A stretch of DNA of 64,000 bases from Sphaerodactylus townsendi (GCF_021028975.2 NC_059428.1:74958001-75022000); one strand, 5' to 3'. Shown: positions 33,569-57,233, numbered from the stretch's first letter. Notes: a model not told the origin generated them from the letters alone. Numbers and translations: made by a program.

Positions 33569-34592
33569 CTCAGATGTAATACTAGCATGATGTAGTGGCT
33601 TAAGAGCAGTTCTTCATTACCTCCACTTTAAGCCAGTTTGTGAAACCATGGGCCAGTCACAGCTCTCTCTTGACCCATGCAATGGCAAACCACCTCTGAA
33701 CATCTCTTTCCTATGGGGTCACTATAAATCAAACTGTGACTTCACCCTTCCCCCACCACTAGTTCAATAGCATTTACTTTCTAGTGAATGTGTTGAGAAC
33801 TGCAGTTTTAGAATTTTCCAACTAGTAGTGTGGAAGCTGCTTCACAGGGTAAAGCATTCATAGAAAGCAATACCCAATAGTGTTCTCACACTATTCACTA
33901 AGACCAAACTTTAAATGCTAAAAGTACTGATATGCATAATGAGAACTTTTTGAGAACAACCACTGTTTGCATGTGTAAAGTGAGCACTGGTGGCAACAAG
34001 AACATCTGCATTGCTTCTGTAGCCCAGTCCAGTCATTTGGATGGTCTGAAATACGTTACAGTTGTTTACCCTGGTTCAGAGATGTATATGTACAGCAGAG
34101 AACACTATAAGCACAACGCTACATAGCTATTCAGTATAAGGTTGCCAACTTACAGGTGGCGGCTGGAGATTTCCCCAGAATCACAACTGATATCTTTTCC
34201 CCTGGATAAAGTGACTGCTTTGGAATGTGGATTGTATGGAATTATACTCCACTGATGTCCCCTCACCTCACAAATCCCACCCTCACCCGGCTTCACCTCC
34301 AAAATTTCCAGATGTTTCCCAATCCAGAGTTGGCAACCCTAACATGGGTTGAGTCCAACAGTGATTTTCTGTTAACAGAAGGTTCCACAAGAATGGGAAA
34401 TGAATTTTCCTTCCTACCTCTTCCTTATACTGGAAGAAAATTACCACTGCATTCAACCCATTCTTTTTTTCAAAAAGGTGTCAGCACTGCCTTAGTTGAC
34501 AGTACCAACTATTTGTTAGGAGCTACATATGCTGTCTACTACAGCAACAAGAACTGTACATTCAACCCTCAACTCAAGATATGCAACTAAGC

Positions 34593-34750
34593 CAGAGGCA
34601 TAGCACCAACAGTTCAAGGTGGGGCATGATGCCCTGGGTGGAGCCGCAGCAGGGGCGTGGCCAGGGCATGGTGGGGGCGTTCCGGGGTGGGCAGTGCCAT
34701 GGCAGGGTGCGTGTATGCCCCGGGCGGAATTTTCCCTCACTTCGCCTCTG
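34593..34750. mobile_element. Short hAT MITE
   Basis: Termini CAGAGGC...GCCTCTG; 8-bp TSD AACTAAGC/AACTGAGC. Confidence 0.7.
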
Positions 34751-35863
34751 AACTGAGCTACTAGTTTGCACACATACTTCCTGATCCAACAATGACTATC
34801 TACAGAATTCCAGCATGGTAGAAATGGGCTTACTGGAAGTGGGTAAGTGGTTGAAAATGTATTTGCTTATAGAGCACAGGTGTTGACCTCTTTGTTTGAG
34901 GCAGTCCTTCATCTCACACTGAATTGAATCAACCAAAACTGGGTATGTTTTGTCAGTTTGATTGCAGTATATAAAATGTTGCATGCTTTTGTTCGCTGTG
35001 TGCAGTTCAACATTTAATTAACAGTCGTAAACAAATGAAATAAATGATGGAAAAGATTTTTGTTGTTGTGATTATTACCCAGCGCCACATCCTCAAGTTT
35101 AACTAGCATGAACTCGTTCGCATCAGGAAATGTAAAATAAAATGACCCAGAAAACTGTAAGCAACATCTTCATTATGAAATGTGCCACAAGATTCCAGTT
35201 CTATTCTTGTAATATTTTTCATCTGGAACACCTTTCTCACTGTTTTTCATCTGGGAAATTAAGCATTTGTTCCAAACAATAACATTTAAATATATGTTGT
35301 GCCATGATTCAGAGAGAAATGTGGGATTGTTCAAGAAGCAAACTAAATGCCATTATTCAATGAATACCAAATAACCAGAACATATGCACTTATGTTTTAT
35401 TTAAATCAAGGCAAAAGATCACACTGCTTTTCTATAAAGAACATGGATAGATGGAGAGTTCTTTCATTGCTAAGCCAATTTTTACTCAATGCTTCAAAAG
35501 GCTAAAAAAGTCTAGTTTCTATTTCTCTCTAGTTTTACAGTACAAAACGAGTACAATAAACACATCAGGGAATATCAGTGGTCCAAATATTATGATGTGA
35601 AAAGATTTTTTTTTAATCATAAAGTCCAATTCTACAAGAATAAATTCATCTTAATTCTAAAGAGACTGTACCATGTTCTGGCAGTGATCAGGGACTGCAG
35701 CTGACAATGCAGACATATCTTAATATTAATAATATACGCTGAAAAAAAAGGAACAGAAATTATCAATAGTGGGTACATAACAACTGTTAGCAAGCAGCAT
35801 CACCTTTTCTTTTTCACTTCCCTGATTCTTGTATGTATATTACTTTAAGATGGAATTGTATAA

Positions 35864-36862
35864 CAGTGACATAGGTATAGATTTTTTATGTGGGGAGGTT
35901 CAGGAACAGGGCCATGCCCCCACCCGCCCCTGGGGGCATGGCCATGCCTCCTCAAGCCCTGCCCCTGGCCTCAGTGCTTATAAAAGCAGCTCTCTGAGGC
36001 CAGGCATGACAGACTCCCCTGCCTCGCCTGCCCGCCCCCCCACCGGCTGGGCTCCCAGCTGGCAGCAGGCAGGCCCTTCTGCCCTCCCCTTCGGGCAGAG
36101 GCTTAGCTAGGGAAAATGGAGCCTTGTGCAAAATCTGAATTTTGCGGCTCCCCCCAATGGGCAGCCGCTGTGATGCTGGAATCCACCCCCAAACAGCATC
36201 ACTTTCAATGGTGTTTAAATTAGGGAGCCCAGATTCTTCTTTTAAATCCACCTTAAAGGGAGAATCTGGGGTCCCCAGTTAAAACAACATTGATAGTGAT
36301 ACTGTTTTGGGGTGGATTCTCCCCCACCCTGAAACAGTATCACTTTCAAAGTTTAAATTGGGGATCTCAGATTCTCCCTTTAAATCCATGCTGAAGGGGG
36401 TGGATTTAAAAGGAGAATCTGGGGAAATTTGGGGGGTGCCTGATGTCAGGGGTGCAATTGTTAAGCTAGTAGCACCAAACTTTCAGGGTATCTTCAGGAG
36501 ACTCTCCTAATGATACCACCCAGGTTTGATGAAGTTTGGTTCAGGGGGTCCAAAGTTATGGACCCTCAAAGGTGTAGCTCCCATCTCCTATTAGCTCCCA
36601 TTGGAAACAATGGGGGATTGGGCACCCCCTTTGCGAGTCCATAACTTTGGACCCCCTGAACCAAACCTCACGAAACCTGGGTGGTACCATCAGGAGAGTC
36701 TCCCAACAAATTCCTGAAATTTTGGTGCTGCTAGTCTAAAAGCTGTGCCCCCTGCAGGTCAAAAACAAAAAACACTAAAAAACAAAAAACACAAATGGGT
36801 GGAGCTTCTGACATGTAATGGAGGGGTTTGCACCCAAGAACCCCCCCTTAGCTACATCCTTG
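35864..36862. mobile_element. ~1 kb non-autonomous hAT-like element; relatives at ~54200-55177 and ~60700-61600
   Basis: Shares internal GGGTCCAAAGTTATGGACCCTCAAA blocks and internal inverted segments with 44982-46178. Ends CTACATCCTTG, like the 55177 copy. Confidence 0.75.
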
Positions 36863-39800
36863 CTGTATACATTCCCACCAAAAGGGGACCCTGCCTAACC
36901 TATGGATTTTTTCACATATGTTTGCACACATCCCAAGTCCCAATGATTTCAGTGGGTCATATGCCTTGACTCTACATCCAGCTCAGGAAAGGACAAATTT
37001 TCTATTGATGTATGTGGTGGTTCTAAAACATCATGCTAGAAGTCTTGATTCTCCCTAGTAATGAAAAATAATGGCATATATCAGGGTGTACTCATCTCTA
37101 ATCAAGTGATTACTGGCACATCATCTTTTACAAGCCAAGCACTTTTGTTGGTAATGAGTAGCTCAGCAGCACTTTTGTAAAGTCAGGGACAGCTCAAGAT
37201 GTAGATTCAAGTTAATGACTGCTGCACCCTTTTTTCCCTGTAAAACATGGCAACAATGATTAGACATGCAGCCTTATGTTTGAGATTAATTTCCTTCTGC
37301 ATAAACCAGAATTATTTCAGAAGATCTTTCCTACTGTATGTAACATACAAACACTGTAGGATAGAAAATATTTTGGTCTATCATTATATAACATTATTTA
37401 TGAAATACCATTGCATTATAAAATATTTTTGAGCAGCAATCAGCATTTTACTTTGCAAAATAACTTTTAATTCAACTTTATTGTTTATTATATTATATTG
37501 TTGTCATTGATCCTATCTCATAATTAATGTCTATTAATATGTAAAAATAGGGAATCTATAGTTTTAAAACAAAAATCTACCCTCCATTCTAAAACAACTA
37601 CTGCTTACATAGGTATCAGTGTTTAAAATATCACTTAACATACAAATTCAGCACGCAGCACAGTAAAAAGTGATAATACAGTCTGATTTATCTCATTCAG
37701 AAATGTAAGATCTGTCTTAAAATATCATAGTTACATTTTGTCCACCCCTTCTAAGCATTTCTAGAAATGGATCTTTTAAAATAATAGTGTTCAATTATAC
37801 TATTGAATATACACAGATAGCAGTAGACAACTATTGTCAAATTTGGAACAAAGTAAAATTTATCAATGAATACAATTTCAGTACAAGAACAAATGCTTAA
37901 CTGATGTTGAGTCATTATTCAAGGCAATTTAATTTTCAAGTGCAGTAAACATGGAATAAATAGTTGTGTATCAAAGCAATAATCTGTGCTTTTCTGTAAG
38001 AAAATACCTATTTATGTCCCTAATAAGCTGTATTGTTTCAAGGGCCCTGAGTATTGCTGGATTATGGCTTTGTACTATGGTCATTTTCTATTTTTAAATT
38101 ATATTACCAACAGCCTAGTTGATCTTATCCCTGCAATTTCAGGGCAATATCATGGTTTATGATATTGAACTGGGACAGGAGTTAACACACTTTGTCCTAC
38201 ACATAGTTGTTGGTTCAGCTAGCCTCAGAATCAGATGTTCACATTTTAAAACTCCAGCTGCAATTTTTGTTGTGCTGTAAATGAATTGTAAGCAGCTTAG
38301 TACCTTTATCATTCCTCTGAGTGTTTCTTTACCGTTCTTTAAGTTCAACAAATCCTCTCTAGGACTTTTCCTGCTGAAAATAATCCTAATTCTTTATGTC
38401 AGGGAGCTGTGAAATACACATGCTATTGAACTTGTCTGCAAACTATGCAACCAAACAACTATATTTGGTAAGCCTTCGACAATACATATGCAGCCAAACG
38501 TGTGCCAGTTATCTTTTTGAAAAGGTAACTGCATTTGTGAAAAACTTCCTACCGCAGCAGAAATATTTCATAGTTACATCTTTTAAACATACACTTTTGA
38601 CCTCATATATCTGACAATTTACAATCGTTTTAGTAGATATTTCATCAGAGATGTGTTTCTTACAGACTCTTCTGCTTCAATCAATAATATAGACAGGTGA
38701 AGACTGATTGCCTTGGTAGAGAGACAAGAATCTGGACACCAAGTAAGCATACTGAAGTAACATGATGTAAATGTTTTCCCCTTTCCCCTAAATTGGTACA
38801 TGGCACAACATCAAAATGCAAAGATTAAAGGAGTTCATATGCTTACCCAGTTCCAGAGAAGATTTGTTACACTTATTAAAAAAATAGAGTATAGGGGGCA
38901 TAGACAAAGCTAAGATCACAATATTTCTAGCATATTTCACAGTTACGGAAAAAGGAGTAGGCATTTGCTAAAATTTACAAATCAGCTTCTAAAATGATAG
39001 CTAGGCAATCTATTTAGTTGGACTATTGTACTTTACTATAATTTGAAGAACATTACTCAACAGTCACAAGTAATAGTAATAGCTCCTTAGAATGAAATCT
39101 AGTTTATTACACACTAGCTTACAAGAGATATACACTACAAATAGGCACACAATATATGGCAAAGATAAACAGTTCTCTTCCTTTAGTAAAGCATAATTAA
39201 ATATTACACTAGTCAAAATTTGATTTAAATGCACATATCAGTTAACCTAGTACAATCATAGATTTAACTTGGGTGGTAATCCTAAGCATATTTTCTTAGA
39301 ACGTGTGCCATTAAACTCAATGAGATTATTTCAAAGTCAATTTGCATAGGTTTGCACTTGCTCCATGTCAGTGTTCCCTTTACAGTTTTAGGAAGGTCCG
39401 TAGAGTTCTCATGCTGCATGTTATTGGCACAAAATTGTGACAAAAGGGAACTGTAGAATACATTGTTTCAAGCTGTAAGATTCCAGATTTATATAAGTAA
39501 AGAAGGGGTGATTATTACTGCACAATTGCCAATCTATTTTTCTTCAAGCACTTAATTCCAATTGTAGAAATCTATTATATGAATAATTGCGGTTAGATCA
39601 TAATTTGAATTATGTGCCAGAGGGTCTGGATGTTATTCAATTTATTTTATTTAATTAAGAGAATGCATCCATAAGGGGACTAGTATAGAATACAGTGCAT
39701 GAGAAGTAGAACTTGCTTCAGAAAAGATTTAAAAACAGATCACAGGAGAATGTGGAAGCTTGTTCTCTGAGATAAGAAACAATATTAAATTTGAAGTTTG

Positions 39801-41777
39801 GATTAAGATAGAAAGTCTCCTCCTCATGTGGTAATTTGTAAACTCAGTGTGTTTGATTGTTTTAAGGAGTTATTAAGTATTGATTTGGCAAGTGCTAAAA
39901 TACGACTGAAATGATCCAGGTTGTTTGGTCCAGCTTGATCCTCAAGGGAGGTGGACTGATGTGGGCTACTTCTTCAAGGCAACAACTTTCCAAGCAGCCA
40001 TCATTGCCACCCTGAGTGTACAGGGATACACAGTAACAATGAAAGCTACATGATTTTTTTGTGTAAATAAGAAAGAAAACTTGATTGACATATTTTTCTA
40101 AATTTTGCTTTCCTCAGCAGTCATTGCTGCCATTTCCATAACCACCACCAGAGGGCTTGTTCAAGTTGTTTACAAATTTCTACCTGGCAATTGGCATCAA
40201 GTCTCAGCAGACTTATTGTAACCCCTGTAGGGTTTTCAAGGTCAGAGACATTCAGAGGTGGTTTGCCATGGCCTGCCACTGTGAAGCAGCCCTGGTATTC
40301 TTTGGTGGTCTCCTATCAAAATTCTAGCCAGGGCCAACCCTGTATAGCTTCTGATAAGACTGACCTACCCAAGTCAGGGTTGAAGAGATAAAAATAAGGC
40401 CAAGGCCAATAGTGTAAGTAAAGTAAAAAATTCCGTATGCATTTTGCCAACAGGCTTCTTTGGAGGAATCTGGTAGTCTTTCAATATTTCTTCAACAGGA
40501 GTACAAGATCAGAAGGAATGCTGAAAGACTAACAGATTCCCCCAAAGAGCCAAGGGAATTTTCAACTGAGTAATATAATATAAATTTTACTTTTCTTGCA
40601 CCATCAGTTACTTCCACACATCTATTTTGCCAATTAAATTCAAATGCTAAGACTGATACATGTGCACAGGTCTGAATTGCATACACAGCCAGGTTTCATT
40701 TGGTGATTCACTACATCCCTTCTCATTGCAAAAGAGTCATATTGCTGATCTTTTTCTTAATGGCTTTTCTCTTCAGCTGTGGGAATCACTGCTGTGCAAA
40801 CAACAAGAAAAACACCAGATTCAGTTTTCACCTTGGGTGCATCTGCCACTTTGTATTCTGGACTGGTTTTGATGACAGAATTTAAATCACAGTAAGGAAA
40901 AGACTGTTTATCCCATGTAAGCACTTGCATTGAACTAATAATTTATACCAAAATAATTTAATATTTAATACAAACGAACAAACACCTCCTATCAATATAT
41001 TTCCTTTTGTCTGGACTCTCAGTCTTGAAGCACAAAAACATTTTAACTGTTTACTGCTTAACAGTGTACAACAACAATATACAGTGTGGCTCAATACACA
41101 TCCCTTACAAATGCAAAATATTCCTTTGGAGCAATCCTAGTTCCATAATAATAACATTTCTTAAGTACCATTAACATTGCTACTATGGAAGGCAGACTCT
41201 AGTCCAAATCTGTTTAGAAACGGAAGCTTTAAAACATCAATACAATACAATAATTCAGCTCAGAAAACAATGTCATGAGTGTTGGTAAATCACAACTGGG
41301 TTAAGAGTGATACACCTAGTCCATCTACACCCAAAGGGCTGCAGATATGTGAGTTTTCTGTTGTCTTCCAAAAAGAGAAAATACGCCAAAAGTACATCAT
41401 TATTTTACTGCATATGGGAAGCTTTCATAGAGTAGCATGGGAAATTCAGTTGGCCTGGAAAATCTGTGCATTCAGGGCTCAGAGAGGGGGAGCAGAAGGG
41501 CATGCTGATTGGGATCTGAAGATAAAAGAGGGCCTGCAATTTAGACACTTGTTTCTTATGGGCATTTTGTCTCATTTTTTGTGCCTTGTGATTTTTAAGA
41601 GGTTATGGCTAAGAGCCTCAACAACTGGAAACAGACCAGGCGATTATGGATCTCTGAGAGGATTGGGCAATCAGTGACGCTTGATCGATAAATATTCAGC
41701 TGCTTCCATATTGCTATCTTCAATGTAACTGCAATATGTAATGTGCATACATGTTCTGATATGCTCACCAGAGACCA

Positions 41778-42986
41778 TTGAGAAAACTCAGCAATCAAGG
41801 AATAAGAGGGGAAGTCCTTCTATGGATTAAAAACTGGTTGAGAAACAGGAAGCAAAGAGTGGGTGTAAATGGGAAATTCTCACAATGGAGAAATGTATGG
41901 AGTGGTGTCCCCCAAGGATGCGTTTTGGGACCAGTGCTCTTTAACCTATTCATAAATGACCTGGAAGTAGGAGTGGGTAGTGTGGTGGCCAAGTTTGCAG
42001 ATGATACCAAATTATGTAGTGTTGTGAGAACCACAAAGGATTGCGAAGAGCTCCACATGGACCTTGATAAATTAGGTGAGTGGGCTAAGAAATGGTAAAT
42101 GCAGTTCAATGTAGCAAAATGTAAAATTACTCACATAGGGGCAAAAAATCCAAACTTCACATACACGCTACAGGGGTCAGTGCTATCAGTCACAGACCAG
42201 GAAAGGGATTTGGGCGTCTTAGTTGATAGTTCCATGGGAATGTCAACTCAATGCATGGCAGCTGTGAAAAAGGAAAACTCTATGCTGGGGATAATTAGGA
42301 AAGGAATTGATAATAAAACTGCAAAGATTGTCATGCCCTTATATAAAGCAGTAGTGCGACCGCACTTGGAGTACTGTGTTCAGTTCTGGTCACCACATCT
42401 CAAAAAGGATATCGCAGAGAAGGGAAACGAGGATGATTGAGGGACTGGAGCACCTTCCTTAGGAGGGTGCTTTAGTTTGGAGAGGAGATGTCTGAGGGGG
42501 GGGATATGATTGAAGTCTATAAAATTATGCATGGGGTAGAAAATGTTGACAGAGAGAAATTTTTCTCTCTTTCTCACAATACTAGAACCAGGGGGCATTC
42601 ATTGAAAATGCTGGGGGAAAGAATAAGGACTAATAAAAGGAAACACTTCTTCACACAGCGTGTGATTGGTGTTTGGAATATGCTGCCACAGGAGGTGGTG
42701 ATGGCCACTAACCTGGATTGCTTTAAAAGGGGCTTGGACAGATTTATGGAGGAGAAGTCGATTTATGGCTACCAATCTTGATCCTCTTTGATCTGAGATT
42801 GCAAATGCCTTAACAGTCCAGGTGTTCGGGAGCAACAGCTGCAGAAGGCCATTGCTTTCACATCCTGCATGTGAGCTCCCAAAGGCACCTGGTGGGCCAC
42901 TGCGAGTAGCAGAGAGCTGGACTAGATGGACTCTGGTCTGATCCAGCTGGCTTATTCTTGTGTTCTTGTGTTCTTATGTTCTTATG
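41778..42986 (+). mobile_element. 5'-truncated CR1 LINE (RT C-terminal part and 3' UTR), with stops and frameshifts
   Basis: SGVPQGCVLGPVLFNLFINDL, KFADDTKL, MQFNVAKC and RPHLEYCVQFWSP. Octamer tail (GTTCTTAT)n. Confidence 0.95.
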
Positions 42987-44547
42987 CTGAGAGGATATTA
43001 TTAGTTATTTAGGCTTCAATCCTTTACCATTAAAATGAATGAGCATTTTACCATTGACTTTAAGGGGACTGTGCCTGATTCTTCCTCAAGTGGGCACAAA
43101 AGTTCCGGTTTTCTATCCCCCTCTTCCACTTGATTACAAGAACCTGCCCTGCTGTACTGCCTGTGTGCTCCCTGGGGAAGAAGCGTGCTCTGTTGAGCCT
43201 TCCATGTGGAGGTGCAGCATCTAAACAGGGAAGAATCCCTGTGACAATTTGACAGGTGGGATTTGTTTTCTGCCATTGGTAGACATTATATAGGTAAAAT
43301 TTAAGTAACAGCTATCAAGTATTATCACAATGTCTCTCCAAATTATATTTTAAAAATTTCCCAATCTTTCTTAACCAATTTCCCGGTGATTTCACAAGGC
43401 TAAATAGAATACAGTACAGGATTTATCCATATTTATCTTGATCCTGTATTTTGGCAATCCAAGTCGAAGAAAACTGGCCTCTGGGATCTGGAAAGAAGCA
43501 TTACCAGCTGCTTTTTCGAGTGGCACTCTTGACATCTCAAGAACCATGAGGTTGACCAAAAAGTACCATTCCAGTAGCATAACAGCATTTGTTCCAGTAC
43601 AGAAGCACATCTCTTGACGAGAACTCTTGTGAGTTTTGCTAACTTCTTTCCTCCCACTGCTGCCTCCCACTTCAAACTTGACCCCAACAAGCAATATTTT
43701 GGGGAAGCACTAAGAACTGCATCAGGAATGGGGCCTACTCCAAAACTCAAAGGTGGGCTTTATTTCTACAAGGATCACTGTACACATGTAGGATAATTAA
43801 AACTGCTTGGTTTAGATGCTTCTATTAAGCAAGGTTGTGCAAACTGAAGAATTAGTACGTCAAAGACTTTCCAAATGAATTGCATGCCTTCCCCAAAAAG
43901 AATTTCGCTAGTTGATTATTTGTGCAATTCTCAAGTATTGCCTTCCAAGTCCATTGAAGTCAATGGGCTTAGGAGAATGTAACTCTGCTTAGGATTGCTC
44001 TGTATGGGTGTTGTCAGCCCTCCATGCAACTAATGGTAGCATATTTGTCTAGTGCCAAGAAACTCTTCAGTCAATGGAAAAGCCTGCTTTGTCAAAGTAA
44101 GGCTTCTTGCACTGAAAGCTGTTAACTAAGTAGAGTGCTGGCAGACATCTCATATGTGTTTAGATACCTCTTAAAATAATTTTCATTTTTTTCTTAGCTG
44201 CACATCCCTAAAAAGCAGCATTAAATTTGTGTCCTTAACAATTCTATTTCTGTCATGAACCAGATATTTCAACTTCTCTTAACTCAGCTGAATTCTTTCT
44301 CCTTTCTGGAAAATAATGTATCCTTTCTTTTCCTTTTTTAAAAAAAATAGTTAAAAAATAAACCACATGCTCCCCTTTCTAAAGGATTTCATCTGTATCC
44401 CATCCCCCCAGCAACATTAAGGCTAGTTCATTAGTGGTAACTCCAAAATAGATGTATTGTTTTTAAGTAGCCATCCTTAATAGTGAAGTGAAACTGCGTG
44501 TGCCTTTGGAATGATTGTTCTGGCATGGCATTGGAAAATCTTCCTCA

Positions 44548-52548
<8,001 letters not shown>

Positions 52549-55500
52549 TCATGTCCCTTTTGAGACTTAATGTGTAGAAAGAAATGGACAGGTGAAGCAT
52601 TTCATGGCATAACATCACCTGCACATAAGCCTCTTTTAAAGGGATGGGACATGTTAATTGGAACCCTAACAGCCACCCTGGAACCAAAAACATATTCCTT
52701 TGAGTGCTGACTTGCACCTGTAAACTTTTACTTGCATTAAATGCATCTGCAAATTTGTATGAAATATACTGGTCAAGATTTAAACATTATTTTTCATAAA
52801 TATATTAAGCTGAGGCCCCTTTATCCTTAGGTTCTGACATGGCTTTCTCCCCATCAGAAACTGACAAACAATATTTAATGTGAATCTGCCTCTTCAGGCA
52901 TTAAAATCTCTTGAAACATTTTGTGACATCAGTACAGTACAGTAAACCTTTATTAGGCATAAATTTGTGACATCACCACTGGTAAGGAAAGATGTTCTTA
53001 GATGATGGAGCTGCAATCTTAAAAATCCTTGCTTGGAGGTGTAAGCTCTACTGAATAAAATAGGATTTCCTTCTGAGTTAACTTGTTTATAATTGCTCCT
53101 TGGCTTTTTAGCTTGCAATTTGAGATGGATGACAGTTTCTGAGCTTGTCTTTTCGTCATTCTTTTTTAATCTGCCCCCATTTCCAAATAGTTTTCCTTAT
53201 TTATGTATTGGACGACAGTGCTGTCTCTTAGCCTAAAAAACTTTCCAACATAATAATCAAGGCAGGTGTACAGCAGGTACAATCAAAAGTAATTACACCA
53301 ATGAGTTTGAGTATGCATTGGTATGATTACTTTTGACTAAAAAGCTTCTAAGGCAGCTTGGAAATGTTTTGAATGTAGCTTTCCTATTGACTTCATAAGC
53401 ATTCTGTTATTTCTAAAACACACAATATTTATAGGTGTAGCAGTAGCATTTGCAGCACCAGAGCTTTATGATTCCTTCAGTTTCTTAAAGAGTTTTGGGA
53501 AATGACAACACATTAAGTTCAGGTAAGAGATGCCATAAGGGAAAGGAACACAATCCTGCAACAGTACCAAAATGTCACAATGTTGTGAGCAAGCAGAGCT
53601 GCCAAGAGGTGATACAAAATTCAGATGGACCAAATCAGTGTGTGTCATAGGTCTGCCTGCCAACACCTCCATGGATGAGGAAGAGCCGGAGGAAGCCAAC
53701 CCCAGCCCTTGGATGCTGCAGAAAGACCTGCTAGCCAAGATAGAGATTCTGTCAGGTGCACAGTGGGAGGCTCAGGCTGAAGCCACAATGTGCCACAGAC
53801 CAGGATCCAAAACTAAAGTGAAGTGTTGTAGCACCGGCCTCACACCCAGGGTTTCTAGAGGCCTTGTAAAGCCAGAAAAAGCAGACCTGGAGGAAGATGC
53901 AGAATTCCAGTAGTTGCTGTAATGCACAGTTAACAAACTCTGCCTGTGAGCCTGAGTCACACAGCATCAGGGCTGACAGACAGGGAGGCATACCTATGGG
54001 GGCAAGAGGGGGCAGAAGACTTAGGTGCCATTCACCTGGGTCATGTTGGGGACTGGGAGTGGTGTCCAGGGCTTCCTCTCTTCACAACCAGCACCATCAA
54101 GCACTGTGGAATGACTCTAGACCCCAAATCTAGTTGTGTCCCACCCACCCTAGGAGGAGGGTTAGGGAGGGGAAAGGGAGGGGATTGAACAAGCCTGTCA
54201 TCTTGTGGACTGCCTGCTCACTCACCTTCGGGGGTGGTTCGGGGGCAGGGCCATGCCCCTACCCACTCCTGGGGATGTGGCCATGCCTCCCCAAGCCCCG
54301 CCCTGGGGGTATGGCCATGCCTCCCCAAGCCCCGCCCCGGGACGCAGTGCTTATAAAAGCAGCTCTCTGAGGCCAGGGACGGCAGACTCGCCTGCCTCAC
54401 CTGCCCCGCCCCGTCCCTGGGCAAAGGCGTAGCTAGGGAAAATGGAGCCTTGTGCAAAATCTGAGTTTTGTGCGCACCCCTGCCCCCCATGGGCAGCCGC
54501 TGTGATGCTGGAATCGCTTCCAATGGTGTTTAAACTAGGGAGCCCAGATTCTCCTTTTAAATCCACCTTAAAGGGAGAATCTGGGGTCCCCAGATAAAAC
54601 AGCATTGAAAGTGATGCTGTTTTGGGGTGGATTATCCCCCATCCTGAAACAGCATCACTTTTAATGTTTAAACTGGGGACCTCAGATTCTTTCTTTAAAT
54701 CCATGCCATAGGGGGTGGATTTTATATGAGAATCTGGGGAAATTTGGGGGCTGCCTGCTGTCAGGGGTGCAATTGTTAAGCTAGTAACACCAAACTTTCA
54801 GGGTATCTTTAGGAAACTCTCCTGATGATATCACCCAAGTTTGATGAAGTTTGATTCAGGGGGTCCAAAGTTATGGATCCTCAAAGGTGTAGCCCCCATC
54901 TCCAATTAGCTCCCATTGGAAACATTGGATGGAGCACCCCCTTTGGGAGTACATAACTTTGGACCCCCTGAACCAACCCTCACCAAACCTGGGTTAGGAT
55001 AGTCTCCTAAAGATACCCTTAAAGTTTGGTGCTGCTATCCTAAAAACTGTGCCCCCTGCAGGCCAAAAACTGAAAAAACACTTTAAAATACGAAAAAACC
55101 CACAAATGGGGGACGGAGCTTCGGACATTTGATGTGGGGGTTTAAACCTCGGAAACCCTCCCTTACCTACATCCTTGGAAGGGGGCAGGGATCCATCATC
55201 TGACTGTGACCCACCCACCCTGTGGGGGAATATTAGTAAGGGGAGGGGGAAGGCCTTGCCCTGGGTGCCGTTTTGTGGCAGTACACTACTGGATGAGGTG
55301 CATCTGTCCCTGGATTATTCAGCAGGTTGATGAGTTACAACTGAATGACTCAGTAGCGTTTTCCAGATAAAAGCTGGCAGGAAAGGGTGAGCCAGCATGG
55401 AGCAACTCATTAACAACCCTGTGCTGGCTGTTGGGCTGTGCCTTGTTCCAGACCTCAGTGAGTGTGACCTTCTGGATTATGACCCGGCTGGTGCTCTTTG

Positions 55501-56145
55501 GATTTGCCCTTCTGTTTTGATGCTTGGACTTCTGAATATCTGTGTTTTGACCCTGGACTGTGCTTGAACGATGCTTGTTGTCTCTTACCACGGGTGCTGA
55601 TCTGAACCCAGACAGTGTGAGAACTCATGAATCATTTTCAAGGTGTTGGTGCTAACCTTTAAGGCCTTGCGCGGCCTCCTTGTGCTCTATTTGTATATTC
55701 ATGTTCACCGTCCTGAGCCTTTCGGGGGAGGGCGGTATATAAATGTAATAAATAAATAAATAAAATCTTCCTATTATCAACATATGCATCTAAATTCATT
55801 TTACTTTTAGTGTAGTTCTGCATTGCAGCTACAGTGAAACCTTGGTTTTCAAGACAAGCAGAGGTGGTTTTCTATTTCCTTTCTCTGCAAAGTCTTCCTA
55901 GGAGGTCTCACTTCCAAAACCAGCCCACCTTAGTTTCCAAGATATGACAAGATCGGCTGTACTATACCATTTCACATCCCAAGAGTTTTTAGCTAGCTCA
56001 AATGTATATTGATTTTCTGGGAATATAAGAAAGCGTGTTGCACAGTGTGTTAATTTTAAGAATCATCCTGCCTGAAATGTTGAAGAGCAACTGTCATTAT
56101 TTCATCTGTTTATTGAAATATTTCTACCACACCTTATCTTGTGAT

Positions 56146-56439
56146 CAGTGGCATACCTAGGAGGAGACAGAGAGGTTGATGCCCCAGGTGCCACTTGTGA
56201 GTGTCATGTGGGAGGCACCAGCCTGTGCCTGCTCAGTGCCCACTACCTGCACACCCATGGCCACCTGCCTGCTCACATGCTGGCTGCCGTCTGCCTGCCA
56301 GAGAGGTCCTTTTCTTCTTGGGGCCTGCCCACCACCCACCTGCTGCTCTCCAAACCTCCCCAGGACGCAATTTTTGGGGGGGCAGGGGGAAGAATTTTAG
56401 TACTTGCCCCGGATGCCATTTTTGGTAGTTACACCACTG
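56146..56439. mobile_element. hAT MITE
   Basis: Termini CAGTGGC...CACCACTG; 8-bp TSD CTTGTGAT/CTTGTGGT. Confidence 0.7.
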
Positions 56440-57233
56440 CTTGTGGTTATGTATAACCTTCCTCCCTGATATTCTGTGAACGCAGTTGGCCCCACCTCCT
56501 ATGGCAGCCAATTTGTAGTTGTGTCCACCACCCTGTGTCAGAATCCAAAGGTGCTCTTAAGATTTAAAAAATGGGGATCTCCATTGGTAAGTGTACTTGA
56601 TGGACAGAGGGAGAGTCAATAGAGAGTGTTGGAGAGACCTTAGATGGCATTTGGTTTGATATGAGGCAAGGCAACAGGTATTCTGGTATGAGGCAATGGA
56701 AGACATTAGAGGTAAGAATCTTGCACTGAACCCAGAAGAAAACTAGTAGACAATAAAGTAGCTTCCAAATAGGTTGTATAGTGTGTGCAGCAATCAACAC
56801 TGACTAAAATACAGGTAGCTGCATTTTTCAACAATTGTCCCTTCACTATTGTCTTCTAAAGTAGTTCCATTACAGTAATCCAACTTGAAAGATATGTTGC
56901 TATGTCTCATACTTAGCCACCTGCAGTGTAAAGATACTCATCTATGTTACAGAGTTATTGTAGTGATTACAAGATATTTATTAAAACGCGTATATCCTCT
57001 TAGTTCAAGGCAGCTTACAATGGTAGTTAAAGCATTTTCATTTAAAACCAAAATAAAATAGCAAACCCCAAATCACTTCCACTGTCTGCTGTTCAGACTC
57101 CCTCAAAAGCTCAGTCAAACAAGCAGGGCTTGCACCATTTCCTAAGATGTTCAAGGAGGGGGATTCCCTCACCTTTTCAGGGAGCCCATTCCAAGAGCCA
57201 GGTCCATAGTAGAAAAGGCCTGGGCTCTGGTCA

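Noticed and set aside
55274-55622. Possible Gypsy-like solo LTR
   Set aside because: It starts with TG and has LTR-like internal repeats, but no clean CA end or TSD could be identified.
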